DNA of 34,750 bases from a virus (Duplodnaviria > Caudoviricetes), in the IMG/VR virus record IMGVR_UViG_3300046779_000606, positions 1-34,750 of that record; one strand, written 5' to 3'. Each line of letters starts with the position of its first letter. Within the stretch, counting starts at the first letter, position 1. The notes beneath the pieces were generated by a model that worked only from the letters and a program-made list of their open reading frames with translations, searched no databases and was not told the origin of the DNA. A program made the position numbers and the translations under genes. Shown piece by piece: positions 23,776 through 32,539 of this stretch.

Positions 23776-26013
23776 TTATTTTCCTATATCTGAAAGTTTT
23801 GTTTTTGGTTGTGGGTTTAAAGACTTTTTAACCTCTTTAGCTATTTTACGTTCTCTTAAAATTTGTGATGCAGGTTCTACAATACGGCCAACAACAGGAA
23901 TTCCTTTAATTAATTCACCGCCATATTGTTTAGCCATTGATCCAATTGCTGTAGCAGTATTAGATTCATTAACAAAAGAACCTTTTGGTCTAGCCTCTAC
24001 AATTTTTGCAACTTCAGCCAAATCTTTTAGTTGTTTAGAGTTTTCACCAAACAACACATCTAATTTTTTGTTTACATTAAGATTTTCAATTGCCTTTTGA
24101 AATTTAGCGTTACTAAAGTTTCCGCTTGCGTCTGTAGATTCTCTAATAATATAGTCCATTGTGCCTGAACGCAAATGTTCTAACGCAACAGGATCATCTT
24201 TTAATAAATCTATTGATTTTACAAAGTCGGCATTTTTAGACCTAATAACAAAGTTTTGAATAAAGTCTTTGCTATCAGCCGCTTCATTTAATACTTTGCT
24301 ATAAAGAGGATTTGATTTTTCTAGGTCAAAGTCTGCTTTAGCAGTTTTTCTAGCGTTGTCTGCCAATCCTTTTAAGTTAGCGTCAGCTTCTGTCATTGGT
24401 AAATTTTCCAATTCATTTCTTACTACGCTTAAAACGTTTTTCATATTGCCGTCACCAGCTCTATCCGCTTTACGCATTTCAGCCGCTAAATCAGAACGTA
24501 AGTTTTCAAACAAATTAAAATTCATTTCTTTAGAACCTGCTGCATAAGAATCTAATTTGTTCTTAATAGTAGAAGGTAAATAATCTAATCTATCTTCGGC
24601 TGTAAGTTTCTCAATAGCGTTATTAGCAAACTTTTTACCATCAATAGGAAACTTACCGCCAGCTGCATCTTCTAACGCTTTATAAGCTTCTTGTGTTTTA
24701 GTTTTGTTAGCTTCTTTAATAGCTTTTACTGAATCAATTAAATTAGTAGCGTCTGCAACATAATCAGTTGTTGTTACATTAGGCGCTACGTTTTGTTTAA
24801 TAATATTAGCGTTTTCTTGTAAAGCTTTGTTTTGCTCATTAAAACGTTCTGCGTGTGCTTCTTTAAATCCACGCTCATTACGTTCACGAGATATAAGCAC
24901 AGGGTTTTGTGATGCTTGACCTTCTGTTAATTCTACAGGCACAGGTAGTTCTGAAGATTTTTTAAGTCTAATGTCACGCAATACATCTTCAGATATTTGT
25001 GATTTAAATTCTTTAGGAGCTTCTACGCCTGTTTCGGTTGCTTTACGTTTAGCAAATTGTTCGGTAAATGTTTTACCAACAGGCTTACCTTTTGCTTTGC
25101 CATATACTCTACCAGCAACTTCAGGCACAACAAATGACCCTGCATTAATAATGTTTTGCACATCTTCGGTTGCCATGCCTGTGTTTTTAGCAATCCAATC
25201 TGCACCTTTTTCAACGTTTCTACCAATAAAATCCATTACTTTGTTTACAGGTGCATTTGCATATTCTTCTGTTCCAGCAAGACCTGTCATTTTTGCAAAT
25301 GGGCTTTTAAAACCTTCAGAATAAACGTCTGCAATTTTTCTAGCCTCTTCAGGTGTCTTTTTTAGGCCATATCTTGCAGATGTATAAGCACCAATGTCTG
25401 CAACTGTAGCAGCTAAATTAGGAATAACATCTGCCAATGCTGTTGTTGAAGCGCCAACTGTAGTTTTCTGTGGTTGAGGAGCTACCGCTTTAATTACGTC
25501 TTGTTTAGTTTGAGTAACTGATTTTTTTGCAACCTCTTTAGGTTCAACAGTAACTTCAGGTTCTTTTGTTAAAAAGCTAACAAACTCATCCGTAGGTTGC
25601 TCTTGCGATTGCGGTGTGGGTTGTTGTGTTGTAGTTTGAGGTGTGCCTTTTAATTTTTTAAGGCCTTGCTCTTGTAAAATAATAGGGCCACTAATAACGT
25701 GACGAATAGTAGGATTAGAAAGGTCAATTTCTTCATCAGGTTTAATTCCTGTTCTTTGAGATACGTTTTTTATGTATGCTTCGGTGTCGTTTTCAGAAGG
25801 CGGCGCCCATCTAGATATAACTTCTCGTAATGTTTTTAATTTGTGCTTTGAGCCGTAAATTCTTAATTGATCGTCAACAGCTTTAATACCTGCTTCAGGC
25901 GTGTCAAATTGTTGAAACCCTGTGGAGCTACCAACAGGTCTTATGTTGCCAACATTAGTAGGCGTGGGTGATTTGCTTGCGCTACCTGTTAGAAATTGAA
26001 CGAATTCATCCAT
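23776..26013 (-). CDS. Large DNA ejection/internal virion protein with N-terminal putative muralytic domain
   Basis: NVGNIR...F..FDTPEAGI.A...I.RWAPPSENDT.AY followed by a helical body; P22 gp16-like position. Confidence 0.65.
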   Translation of the reverse strand: MDEFVQFLTGSASKSPTPTNVGNIRPVGSSTGFQQFDTPEAGIKAVDDQLRIYGSKHKLKTLREVISRWAPPSENDTEAYIKNVSQRTGIKPDEEIDLSNPTIRHVISGPIILQEQGLKKLKGTPQTTTQQPTPQSQEQPTDEFVSFLTKEPEVTVEPKEVAKKSVTQTKQDVIKAVAPQPQKTTVGASTTALADVIPNLAATVADIGAYTSARYGLKKTPEEARKIADVYSEGFKSPFAKMTGLAGTEEYANAPVNKVMDFIGRNVEKGADWIAKNTGMATEDVQNIINAGSFVVPEVAGRVYGKAKGKPVGKTFTEQFAKRKATETGVEAPKEFKSQISEDVLRDIRLKKSSELPVPVELTEGQASQNPVLISRERNERGFKEAHAERFNEQNKALQENANIIKQNVAPNVTTTDYVADATNLIDSVKAIKEANKTKTQEAYKALEDAAGGKFPIDGKKFANNAIEKLTAEDRLDYLPSTIKNKLDSYAAGSKEMNFNLFENLRSDLAAEMRKADRAGDGNMKNVLSVVRNELENLPMTEADANLKGLADNARKTAKADFDLEKSNPLYSKVLNEAADSKDFIQNFVIRSKNADFVKSIDLLKDDPVALEHLRSGTMDYIIRESTDASGNFSNAKFQKAIENLNVNKKLDVLFGENSKQLKDLAEVAKIVEARPKGSFVNESNTATAIGSMAKQYGGELIKGIPVVGRIVEPASQILRERKIAKEVKKSLNPQPKTKLSDIGK

Positions 26014-27386
26014 TATAGTGAACCTGTTTCCTCAAGTTTTTTAATATTCATGTATTTTTCAATAAATACTTTACGTTCTTTTTCGCCTTTAGGAAACAAT
26101 CTAGCTTTTGCAGCTTCTTTGTCTTTAGCAGTTAAATCAGGGTCTTTTGCTATGTTATACAACTCAAATATTTTAGAGTCGGCATTTTTAGACCACATTT
26201 GTTGAAAAGCTTTAAAGTTATTATCACCAAATCCTTGGCTAAACTTTTGAGCCGCAGTAGCTTTTAAATCAAGTTCTGTCATATCAGCTTGCGCTCTATT
26301 AATAATGTTAAGTAATACTTTTGGAGGATATGTTTCATCGCCATTAGCCATTCTAGTTAGCTGTTGGCCTGCTACAGTATCCAACGATCCACCTTTGGCT
26401 TGAATATTAGATATTTGAACGTTAGCTAAATCTTTAGAGAGTTGTTTGTATTTAATTCCCATCTCTGTGCCTAAAAATGTGGATAAGTTTCTGCCTACCA
26501 TTCCTGGAAAACCAGCACCTTGCGCCCATTCCTCTTTTTCTAATTCTTTAGCAACTTGTTTTGCTTCATTAAGATTTCTGCGATCAGTAGTTAAATTAGC
26601 TTGTCTATCAACTAAAATATTTCTATTTTTAAAGCCAGCGTCTTGGTCAACTTTTTCAGTAGGGCCATAAGGTGTAATTGTTGTTGGTGTTCTTACAGGG
26701 TAAGGTAATTGTGATGGTTGGCTATGAGCAGGTTTATTCATGTTTTCCATGTTACCTTTTAAGGTATTTGGAGTTACAGGCGCATTTTCATTAGCTCCTT
26801 TTGGAGTATTTTCAGTTACGGGCAATGTTTCAACTTGTGGTAATTGTGTTGAGTAAACACCTGCTGGAGCTAATTTTTCTATTTGGCCTAAAGCGCCAAC
26901 AGAACGAGTTAAACCTTGTGCAAGCCAAGCTCTATAATCATTAACGCTGCCTTTTTCAGGAAGGCCTGATAATGTTTGATTTAATGATTGCTCGTTACCA
27001 CCAGCATTTTTATTTAATTCAGTAGCTCTTTTAACAATATCGTCACGAGTTAAATCAGGTTTGGTGATTAAAGTGGATATATTTTGAATTAAATTTTCTG
27101 CGTGTTTTTTAGTATTTTCTAATTGTTGTGTGTTTAATTGTGTGCCAGCAGATTCAGTAATATATTGTTGTTGTTGGATTTTAGGTTGTAATGTTTTCTT
27201 TGCCAATTCTTCTGCGGCCAAGTTTTGCTCTAATACAGATTGAGCTTGTTGAAGTTCAATAGGATTTAGCTTTTGTCTTTGTTTGTAATCTTGAGCGCCA
27301 CGAGCAACACTTAACATATCTGCTAAAGACATTTGTTGTGGTGTATTAACCTTTAAAGCAATACTAGGGTCTATATTAAAAGCCAT
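26013..27386 (-). CDS. DNA ejection protein (P22 gp20-like position)
   Basis: Gln-rich and helical; synteny. Confidence 0.55.
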   Translation of the reverse strand: MAFNIDPSIALKVNTPQQMSLADMLSVARGAQDYKQRQKLNPIELQQAQSVLEQNLAAEELAKKTLQPKIQQQQYITESAGTQLNTQQLENTKKHAENLIQNISTLITKPDLTRDDIVKRATELNKNAGGNEQSLNQTLSGLPEKGSVNDYRAWLAQGLTRSVGALGQIEKLAPAGVYSTQLPQVETLPVTENTPKGANENAPVTPNTLKGNMENMNKPAHSQPSQLPYPVRTPTTITPYGPTEKVDQDAGFKNRNILVDRQANLTTDRRNLNEAKQVAKELEKEEWAQGAGFPGMVGRNLSTFLGTEMGIKYKQLSKDLANVQISNIQAKGGSLDTVAGQQLTRMANGDETYPPKVLLNIINRAQADMTELDLKATAAQKFSQGFGDNNFKAFQQMWSKNADSKIFELYNIAKDPDLTAKDKEAAKARLFPKGEKERKVFIEKYMNIKKLEETGSL

Positions 27387-27395
27387 GATCTATCC

Positions 27396-28154
27396 TTATT
27401 GTCCTAAAATACGACTTAAAGCAAACATATTTCCTGCATTTGTTAACGCTCCTGAATAAGCGTTTGCTGCACCAATTCTACCAGCTGCTTCAGCCGCTGC
27501 GCCACCTGTAGCAAGATTAGCTACGTTTGTCCCATAGTTTTGAAGTGCATTTCCTGTTTGGCCTACGGCAGTTTGACCAATACCAGCTATGCCAGCTAAT
27601 GTATTGTAAATATTACCACGTTGGGTTTGAAATTGATTAAAAGCATTACCGTAAGCATTTTGTGCAAAGTTTTGAGTGTAATCTTGCAATCCTGTTAAAG
27701 CATTTCCACCAACAAGACCGCCTGTAGCATTTAGTTGATTTCTTAATGCTCCTTGACCTTGACCTAATTGAAATGCATAGTTAGGCGCTAAATATTGATT
27801 AAGATCAAGATTAGTAAATTCTTTTGTCAGATAACCTGTGCCTGTTCCTGTTCCAATAGGCTGGCCTTCTACGTCATATTTAGTATATTGACCTGGAAGT
27901 AAAGAACCTATTTGATTTAATGCGGTGTAACCCGTTCCTCTAAATGGTGCTTGTTGTTTGTTTTGAATATCAAATATTTCTTTTTGAACCCTAGCTTGTT
28001 GAGCTGCTGCATCTGCTTGAATTTGAGCCGCATCCTCTGCTGCGCTGGCTGACATAGCGCCACCAATTAAAGAACCGCCTACAGCAATAGCAGCCGAGAA
28101 CGGATCGTTATAGCCTGGATGTTTTAAAATACCTACAAATCTTGGATTAAACAT
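27396..28154 (-). CDS. DNA transfer/pilot protein (P22 gp7-like)
   Basis: Ala/Gly-rich N-terminus; PNYAFQLGQG...GGLVGGNAL..LQDY.Q. Confidence 0.7.
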   Translation of the reverse strand: MFNPRFVGILKHPGYNDPFSAAIAVGGSLIGGAMSASAAEDAAQIQADAAAQQARVQKEIFDIQNKQQAPFRGTGYTALNQIGSLLPGQYTKYDVEGQPIGTGTGTGYLTKEFTNLDLNQYLAPNYAFQLGQGQGALRNQLNATGGLVGGNALTGLQDYTQNFAQNAYGNAFNQFQTQRGNIYNTLAGIAGIGQTAVGQTGNALQNYGTNVANLATGGAAAEAAGRIGAANAYSGALTNAGNMFALSRILGQ

Positions 28155-28518
28155 AATTGCACCTATCGCATTTTAAATAAAGTCTGTCTTGATCCTCTTT
28201 TTCTATTTCAAAACCAAGACGTTTACAGAAGTTAATACCTTTTTCATTACTTTTCATTACAGTTGTTGTTGCATAACCGTATAAATCTATTGTTTTTCTT
28301 AACGTATCTTTTAAATGTTTTCTAATGCTAAATTTAGGTTTTTTAGAATAACCTATGTGCAATTCGTTTTCTTTTACCATTACAGCGCCAATTACATCGT
28401 CACCTTCTTTAAGTTCTACAAACTCCCAATCTTGCATAGCCTCTGCAAATTGTTCAGGTGTAATGTTTAATCTGTCTTTTATAGACAAATAAATAGCATT
28501 TATAGCTTTGTTACTCAT
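28147..28518 (-). CDS. GNAT-fold virion assembly protein (P22 gp14-like position)
   Basis: N.KGINFCKRLGF motif; lies between gp10 and the ejection genes. Confidence 0.55.
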   Translation of the reverse strand: MSNKAINAIYLSIKDRLNITPEQFAEAMQDWEFVELKEGDDVIGAVMVKENELHIGYSKKPKFSIRKHLKDTLRKTIDLYGYATTTVMKSNEKGINFCKRLGFEIEKEDQDRLYLKCDRCNYV

Positions 28519-28747
28519 TATAATACGGAATTTTAAACGGCTTACCGTTAACCGTTACATTAATAAAGCCAGCAGGTTTTGCTGGTAACGTTGCTGTTCC
28601 TGTAGTTGCTGTGGGTGAACTACTAAAATTAAGCAAGTTTAAAAAGAATTGTTGCCAAGCACGAGTTGGTCTTTTAGTCGTAGCATCTAAAAACTCCGAC
28701 TGTGGATAAGGGTTTTGTTGGCTTGTGCCATAAATATTAATAGACAT
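28511..28747 (-). CDS. Hypothetical tail protein (78 aa)
   Basis: Overlaps both neighbours; TRAWQQFF motif; position after gp10. Confidence 0.55.
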   Translation of the reverse strand: MSINIYGTSQQNPYPQSEFLDATTKRPTRAWQQFFLNLLNFSSSPTATTGTATLPAKPAGFINVTVNGKPFKIPYYNE

Positions 28748-30861
28748 TAATTTTCACCCACCGAAGCTTTTAAATTAGCTGATATTATAACCGCATTTAT
28801 TGGGTCTGTAACTACAACCTCAAAAACTCTATCTCTAGACCAACCTAATCTGCGCCAAATAGCACGATTATTATATTGGCCAACTTTACCAATAGAAGTC
28901 CAATGTTCGTAAGACCAAGTTGAACCACCGTCATTAGACCAACGCAACATAGCTTGTGGTGTTTGGCCTGGGTTAACTTGATTGCCTACGCCTGGTTGAA
29001 ATTGTATTTGTAATTCATCTAAATATTGACGTTGTAAGTCTGTGACAATATGTGGCGCTCTGCGTAATCTACGAATTTCACTACCATTATCTGTATAGTT
29101 AGAAGGATCAAGTAAATATATTTGACCATTAGAATGATCGCCTACATAAACTTTGCCTTGGAATACAGCAGAGCAATTACCACGATGTCTATGATAAGTA
29201 TTGGTAGTATCTACCCACAACCATTTATGCCACATTCCTGTAGATACGTCATATACCCAAGTTAAGTCTAATGTTGGAAATGAAACCACATAACATTCGT
29301 GACCTTCTTGTTGATAAGTCCAAGCTACTGCGTCATCTATGTATTTATTTAGTAATGTTTGCTCTACGGCGTGAGTTGATATGCGTGTGGGAACGTAGCC
29401 TTGCATTTGCATAATTTGAGCTTCACCACGATTGTTTCTAGATACATAGGCAAATGAATTTCCTAGCCTAGACATAGAAAACTTGGCTGCTATACCATGT
29501 TGAGTGTTTGTGCCTGGAATACGTTGAAATGGAAATGGAAACGTGCCAACGTCAACCCATACTTCAGATGAGGCTTCACCTAGTAAAAACACTTCACGAT
29601 TAACTACAATCAAAGACACTAAATCGTCAGGCGATCCGTCTTTAGATGAAAAGCTTAATGGCGGTGTAATAGGGCTTAAAGGATTAGAGGCTGCGTATTG
29701 TTGCGTGCCACCTTTATTAAATATAAAGTAATTATCTACAATATCAACAGTATTGCCACCTGAAAACGCTCCGTCAGATGAAGGTAAAACGCTAAAGTTT
29801 AGCGCATACATAGTGCGTGATGTTACTGTTTGGCTTGTGCTTATAACGTAGTTACCTGTGCTACCTGATCCTGTTCCAAAGGTAAGAGTTAAGGTTAATC
29901 CTGTGCCTGATCCGTTTGATGATGTGGAAGCATTGTTAGCTGGAGTAGATGTATAGTTACCTGAATTAGTTTGAGTAAGTGTTGTAACTGCGCCACTAGC
30001 TCCAATAGCCGTAACTGTATAAGTTGCAGGCGTAGTGCCATAAACACCACCTAATACGGTAACGGTGTCATTAACTGCATATCCTGTGCCAGCAGTTGCA
30101 ATAGTGTGGCTTAATACTGTGCCTGAACCTAAAGCGGTAATAATAGTGTTGGCAATTACCGTATCGCCTTGAATAGTTTGGCCAGGATATAAAGTTCCTG
30201 TGCTTCCTGTAACTGTTAAAGTTGTGCCTGACATTGAGGCTGTTAATACTGAAGCTACTGCCGCAGAATTCATCAATGTAGAAGTTACTGTTTGGCTTAA
30301 ATTAATTGAATATGTGCCAACACCGCCTGTTGTGCCTGTTAATTGACCTGTAATTACAGTTTCATTAGTGACACCTAAACCAAATAAAGATTGGTTTGCG
30401 CCTATTGTGCCTTGAGTAACTGCCGTAACGGTTAGCGTTGTGCCTGAAACAGAGCCTGTAAATAAAGCGCTTGAAGGATTAGAAATGCGCCATGTGTATC
30501 GATAAGAACCATCTACAATATAAACGTTTACACCGTTATCTGTAATACCTACACGACCTGTTGAAGTGTTTATTTGGCCTACAAGGGTTGGTGTAAATTC
30601 GTCTGTTAAAACATATACATATTGACCAACAACAGCCACCATATAATCGCCACCTGATACAGTTCGCAAACCACGAACTTCTTGGGCATTTTGAAATGTA
30701 ATTTTTGAGGATAAGCCAGGCGTTGGATATAAGGCTACAACACCTCTTTTGCCCTCGCCTTTTAATGGATCAATTTCAGGTCTAAAGTTAATACACTCCT
30801 GCCCATCTTGATAAATGGAAGGTGCTTCATAACTAGGGCCTACAAATCCAAAATCAGCCAT
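28747..30861 (-). CDS. Packaged-DNA stabilisation/tail hub protein (P22 gp10 family) with internal insertion
   Basis: LYPTPGL; DGSPD.LV; SEVW; LRWSNDGGSTW; WRRLG.SRDRVFEV. Confidence 0.88.
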   Translation of the reverse strand: MADFGFVGPSYEAPSIYQDGQECINFRPEIDPLKGEGKRGVVALYPTPGLSSKITFQNAQEVRGLRTVSGGDYMVAVVGQYVYVLTDEFTPTLVGQINTSTGRVGITDNGVNVYIVDGSYRYTWRISNPSSALFTGSVSGTTLTVTAVTQGTIGANQSLFGLGVTNETVITGQLTGTTGGVGTYSINLSQTVTSTLMNSAAVASVLTASMSGTTLTVTGSTGTLYPGQTIQGDTVIANTIITALGSGTVLSHTIATAGTGYAVNDTVTVLGGVYGTTPATYTVTAIGASGAVTTLTQTNSGNYTSTPANNASTSSNGSGTGLTLTLTFGTGSGSTGNYVISTSQTVTSRTMYALNFSVLPSSDGAFSGGNTVDIVDNYFIFNKGGTQQYAASNPLSPITPPLSFSSKDGSPDDLVSLIVVNREVFLLGEASSEVWVDVGTFPFPFQRIPGTNTQHGIAAKFSMSRLGNSFAYVSRNNRGEAQIMQMQGYVPTRISTHAVEQTLLNKYIDDAVAWTYQQEGHECYVVSFPTLDLTWVYDVSTGMWHKWLWVDTTNTYHRHRGNCSAVFQGKVYVGDHSNGQIYLLDPSNYTDNGSEIRRLRRAPHIVTDLQRQYLDELQIQFQPGVGNQVNPGQTPQAMLRWSNDGGSTWSYEHWTSIGKVGQYNNRAIWRRLGWSRDRVFEVVVTDPINAVIISANLKASVGEN

Positions 30862-31850
30862 TATCTAAAGAATCCACCTGTTAGTATCCAGCCTGCGTCT
30901 TTTTGACGGCTAGATAATAGCGCATCATTAAAGCGTGCAGATTGCATAGGTTTCATATTGGTGCGTTTTAATGTAGCCTTTCCTTGCGCAGCAAACGCTG
31001 TAATCATCGCTATTTGCGTTTGTGAAGCCTTACCATACATAGGCATCAAACGTTCAGCTAAACACCAACGTAACGCCATTGTGTAGCCTTGCGGAAGGTT
31101 TATATCATCATTAATAGAGGCGTAGTTTCTAAACAATGTTTGAGCAAACATATGGATTTCACCTTGTGCAGGATTAGGCCATACAAACACGTTTCCATTA
31201 TCAGAATTAGGGTTGAAATATAAAGCCTTTGGCCATGGGCCGTTTAAAGTTTTTAAGCCAATCATGTTGTAGTCATCTAAAGCTAAAATAGCTATTGGGT
31301 AATCTAGACCACCGTTTACAATAGGTTGGCCGTTAGAGTTTGTATTTATACGAACATAAGCGGAATCGATGCCAAGAGGCTTTTGGTAATAAGCTTGAAT
31401 AGTGGTTGATGCAACAGGGCTTGCATAAGTAACATTAAGTAAATATGTGCCTGCATAGTTTACGTTGCCTCCTGCGCCTGTTATGTTTTCTAAAATTTTA
31501 GTGCCAGCAGTAATGCCTGTGCCACTTAAAGTTTGATTTTGTGCAACTGCGCCTGATAATACATTAGTTACAGTTAATACGTTGCCTGTAATAGAACCTG
31601 TAAATTGAGCGCCAATAAAGTTAGATGATGTATGGCTAGGGCCAATAGTGTATTGAACTTGCCCTGCAACAACAGGCCAAATGATCTCTGTGACATTAAA
31701 GACAATCATGTCTTCATTTGACCATTGGTCAATCATGTCATTTAGCATATCAAAAGCGTCTTGTGCCTCCTCTGCGGTTGGAACTTCACCTGACGCTAAA
31801 GCACCTATGTCTTTCATTGCTCTTGATATAATGTCTATTGGTTTTGCCAT
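30861..31850 (-). CDS. Head-to-tail adaptor (P22 gp4 family) with internal insertion
   Basis: [33 protein letters not shown]; [19 protein letters not shown]. Confidence 0.8.
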   Translation of the reverse strand: MAKPIDIISRAMKDIGALASGEVPTAEEAQDAFDMLNDMIDQWSNEDMIVFNVTEIIWPVVAGQVQYTIGPSHTSSNFIGAQFTGSITGNVLTVTNVLSGAVAQNQTLSGTGITAGTKILENITGAGGNVNYAGTYLLNVTYASPVASTTIQAYYQKPLGIDSAYVRINTNSNGQPIVNGGLDYPIAILALDDYNMIGLKTLNGPWPKALYFNPNSDNGNVFVWPNPAQGEIHMFAQTLFRNYASINDDINLPQGYTMALRWCLAERLMPMYGKASQTQIAMITAFAAQGKATLKRTNMKPMQSARFNDALLSSRQKDAGWILTGGFFR

Positions 31851-31858
31851 GATCTGTC

Positions 31859-32176
31859 CTAAAGATTAGGTTTAAATGTGTTAGAGAGCCATGGAAAGCC
31901 AACTTTTTTGTCTTTTTTAAGCTCTAATAATTGTGCGTCTAAACGAGATTTTATACTAGAAACGCCATCTACGGTTGTTTCCTGATCAATCCAATCTAGA
32001 ATTGTTTTTTCTCTAACTTCTGCATAAGGAATAACAATCTCTGTGCCTTTAAAATAGTAATTCCCTTCTGTTTCTACAGTATTGTTACCGTCAGTTGCAG
32101 TTACATGGTAATAAGCATGAGTAATTAAATCATCCTCTGCTGTGACTTCTACAAGTTTCCAATTATAGTTGTTCAT
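31859..32176 (-). CDS. Hypothetical tail-associated protein (105 aa)
   Basis: IPYAEV....ILDWI...GFPW pattern; adjacent to fibre genes. Confidence 0.6.
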   Translation of the reverse strand: MNNYNWKLVEVTAEDDLITHAYYHVTATDGNNTVETEGNYYFKGTEIVIPYAEVREKTILDWIDQETTVDGVSSIKSRLDAQLLELKKDKKVGFPWLSNTFKPNL

Positions 32177-32531
32177 CGATTACATCCCAAGTTAGTGTTT
32201 CCTCGTTCCATGTATAGCGACCACCGTCTGTTGGATAGTCAACAGGTGCTTTCCATTGACAAGTTTCCTCGTCTAATAGCCATGAATTAAATGGTTGTGG
32301 CGGTATAAATGCGTCTAAATTAGCGTCATATTTATATCCAATACCTGCGTAATTTTTGCGAATTTTAGCGTTGTATGAAGTTTGAACCCAACGACCACCA
32401 AGAAGGTTATTACAAAACGCAATACCAATTTCTTCGTTTTCTACACCGTCTTGATCTGCTGTGTCTTGATTAGCCACTACAATTACTTGAGTTACTATGT
32501 TTTCTTCGTTTAATTGTGCGAAATGTGCCAT
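32163..32531 (-). CDS. Conserved phage protein, possible fibre chaperone (122 aa)
   Basis: MAHFAQL...WVQTSYN..IRKNYAGIGY.YD..LDAFIPPQPF.SW; follows the LamG/SPRY fibre gene. Confidence 0.7.
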   Translation of the reverse strand: MAHFAQLNEENIVTQVIVVANQDTADQDGVENEEIGIAFCNNLLGGRWVQTSYNAKIRKNYAGIGYKYDANLDAFIPPQPFNSWLLDEETCQWKAPVDYPTDGGRYTWNEETLTWDVIDEQL

Positions 32532-32539
32532 GTTTTTCC

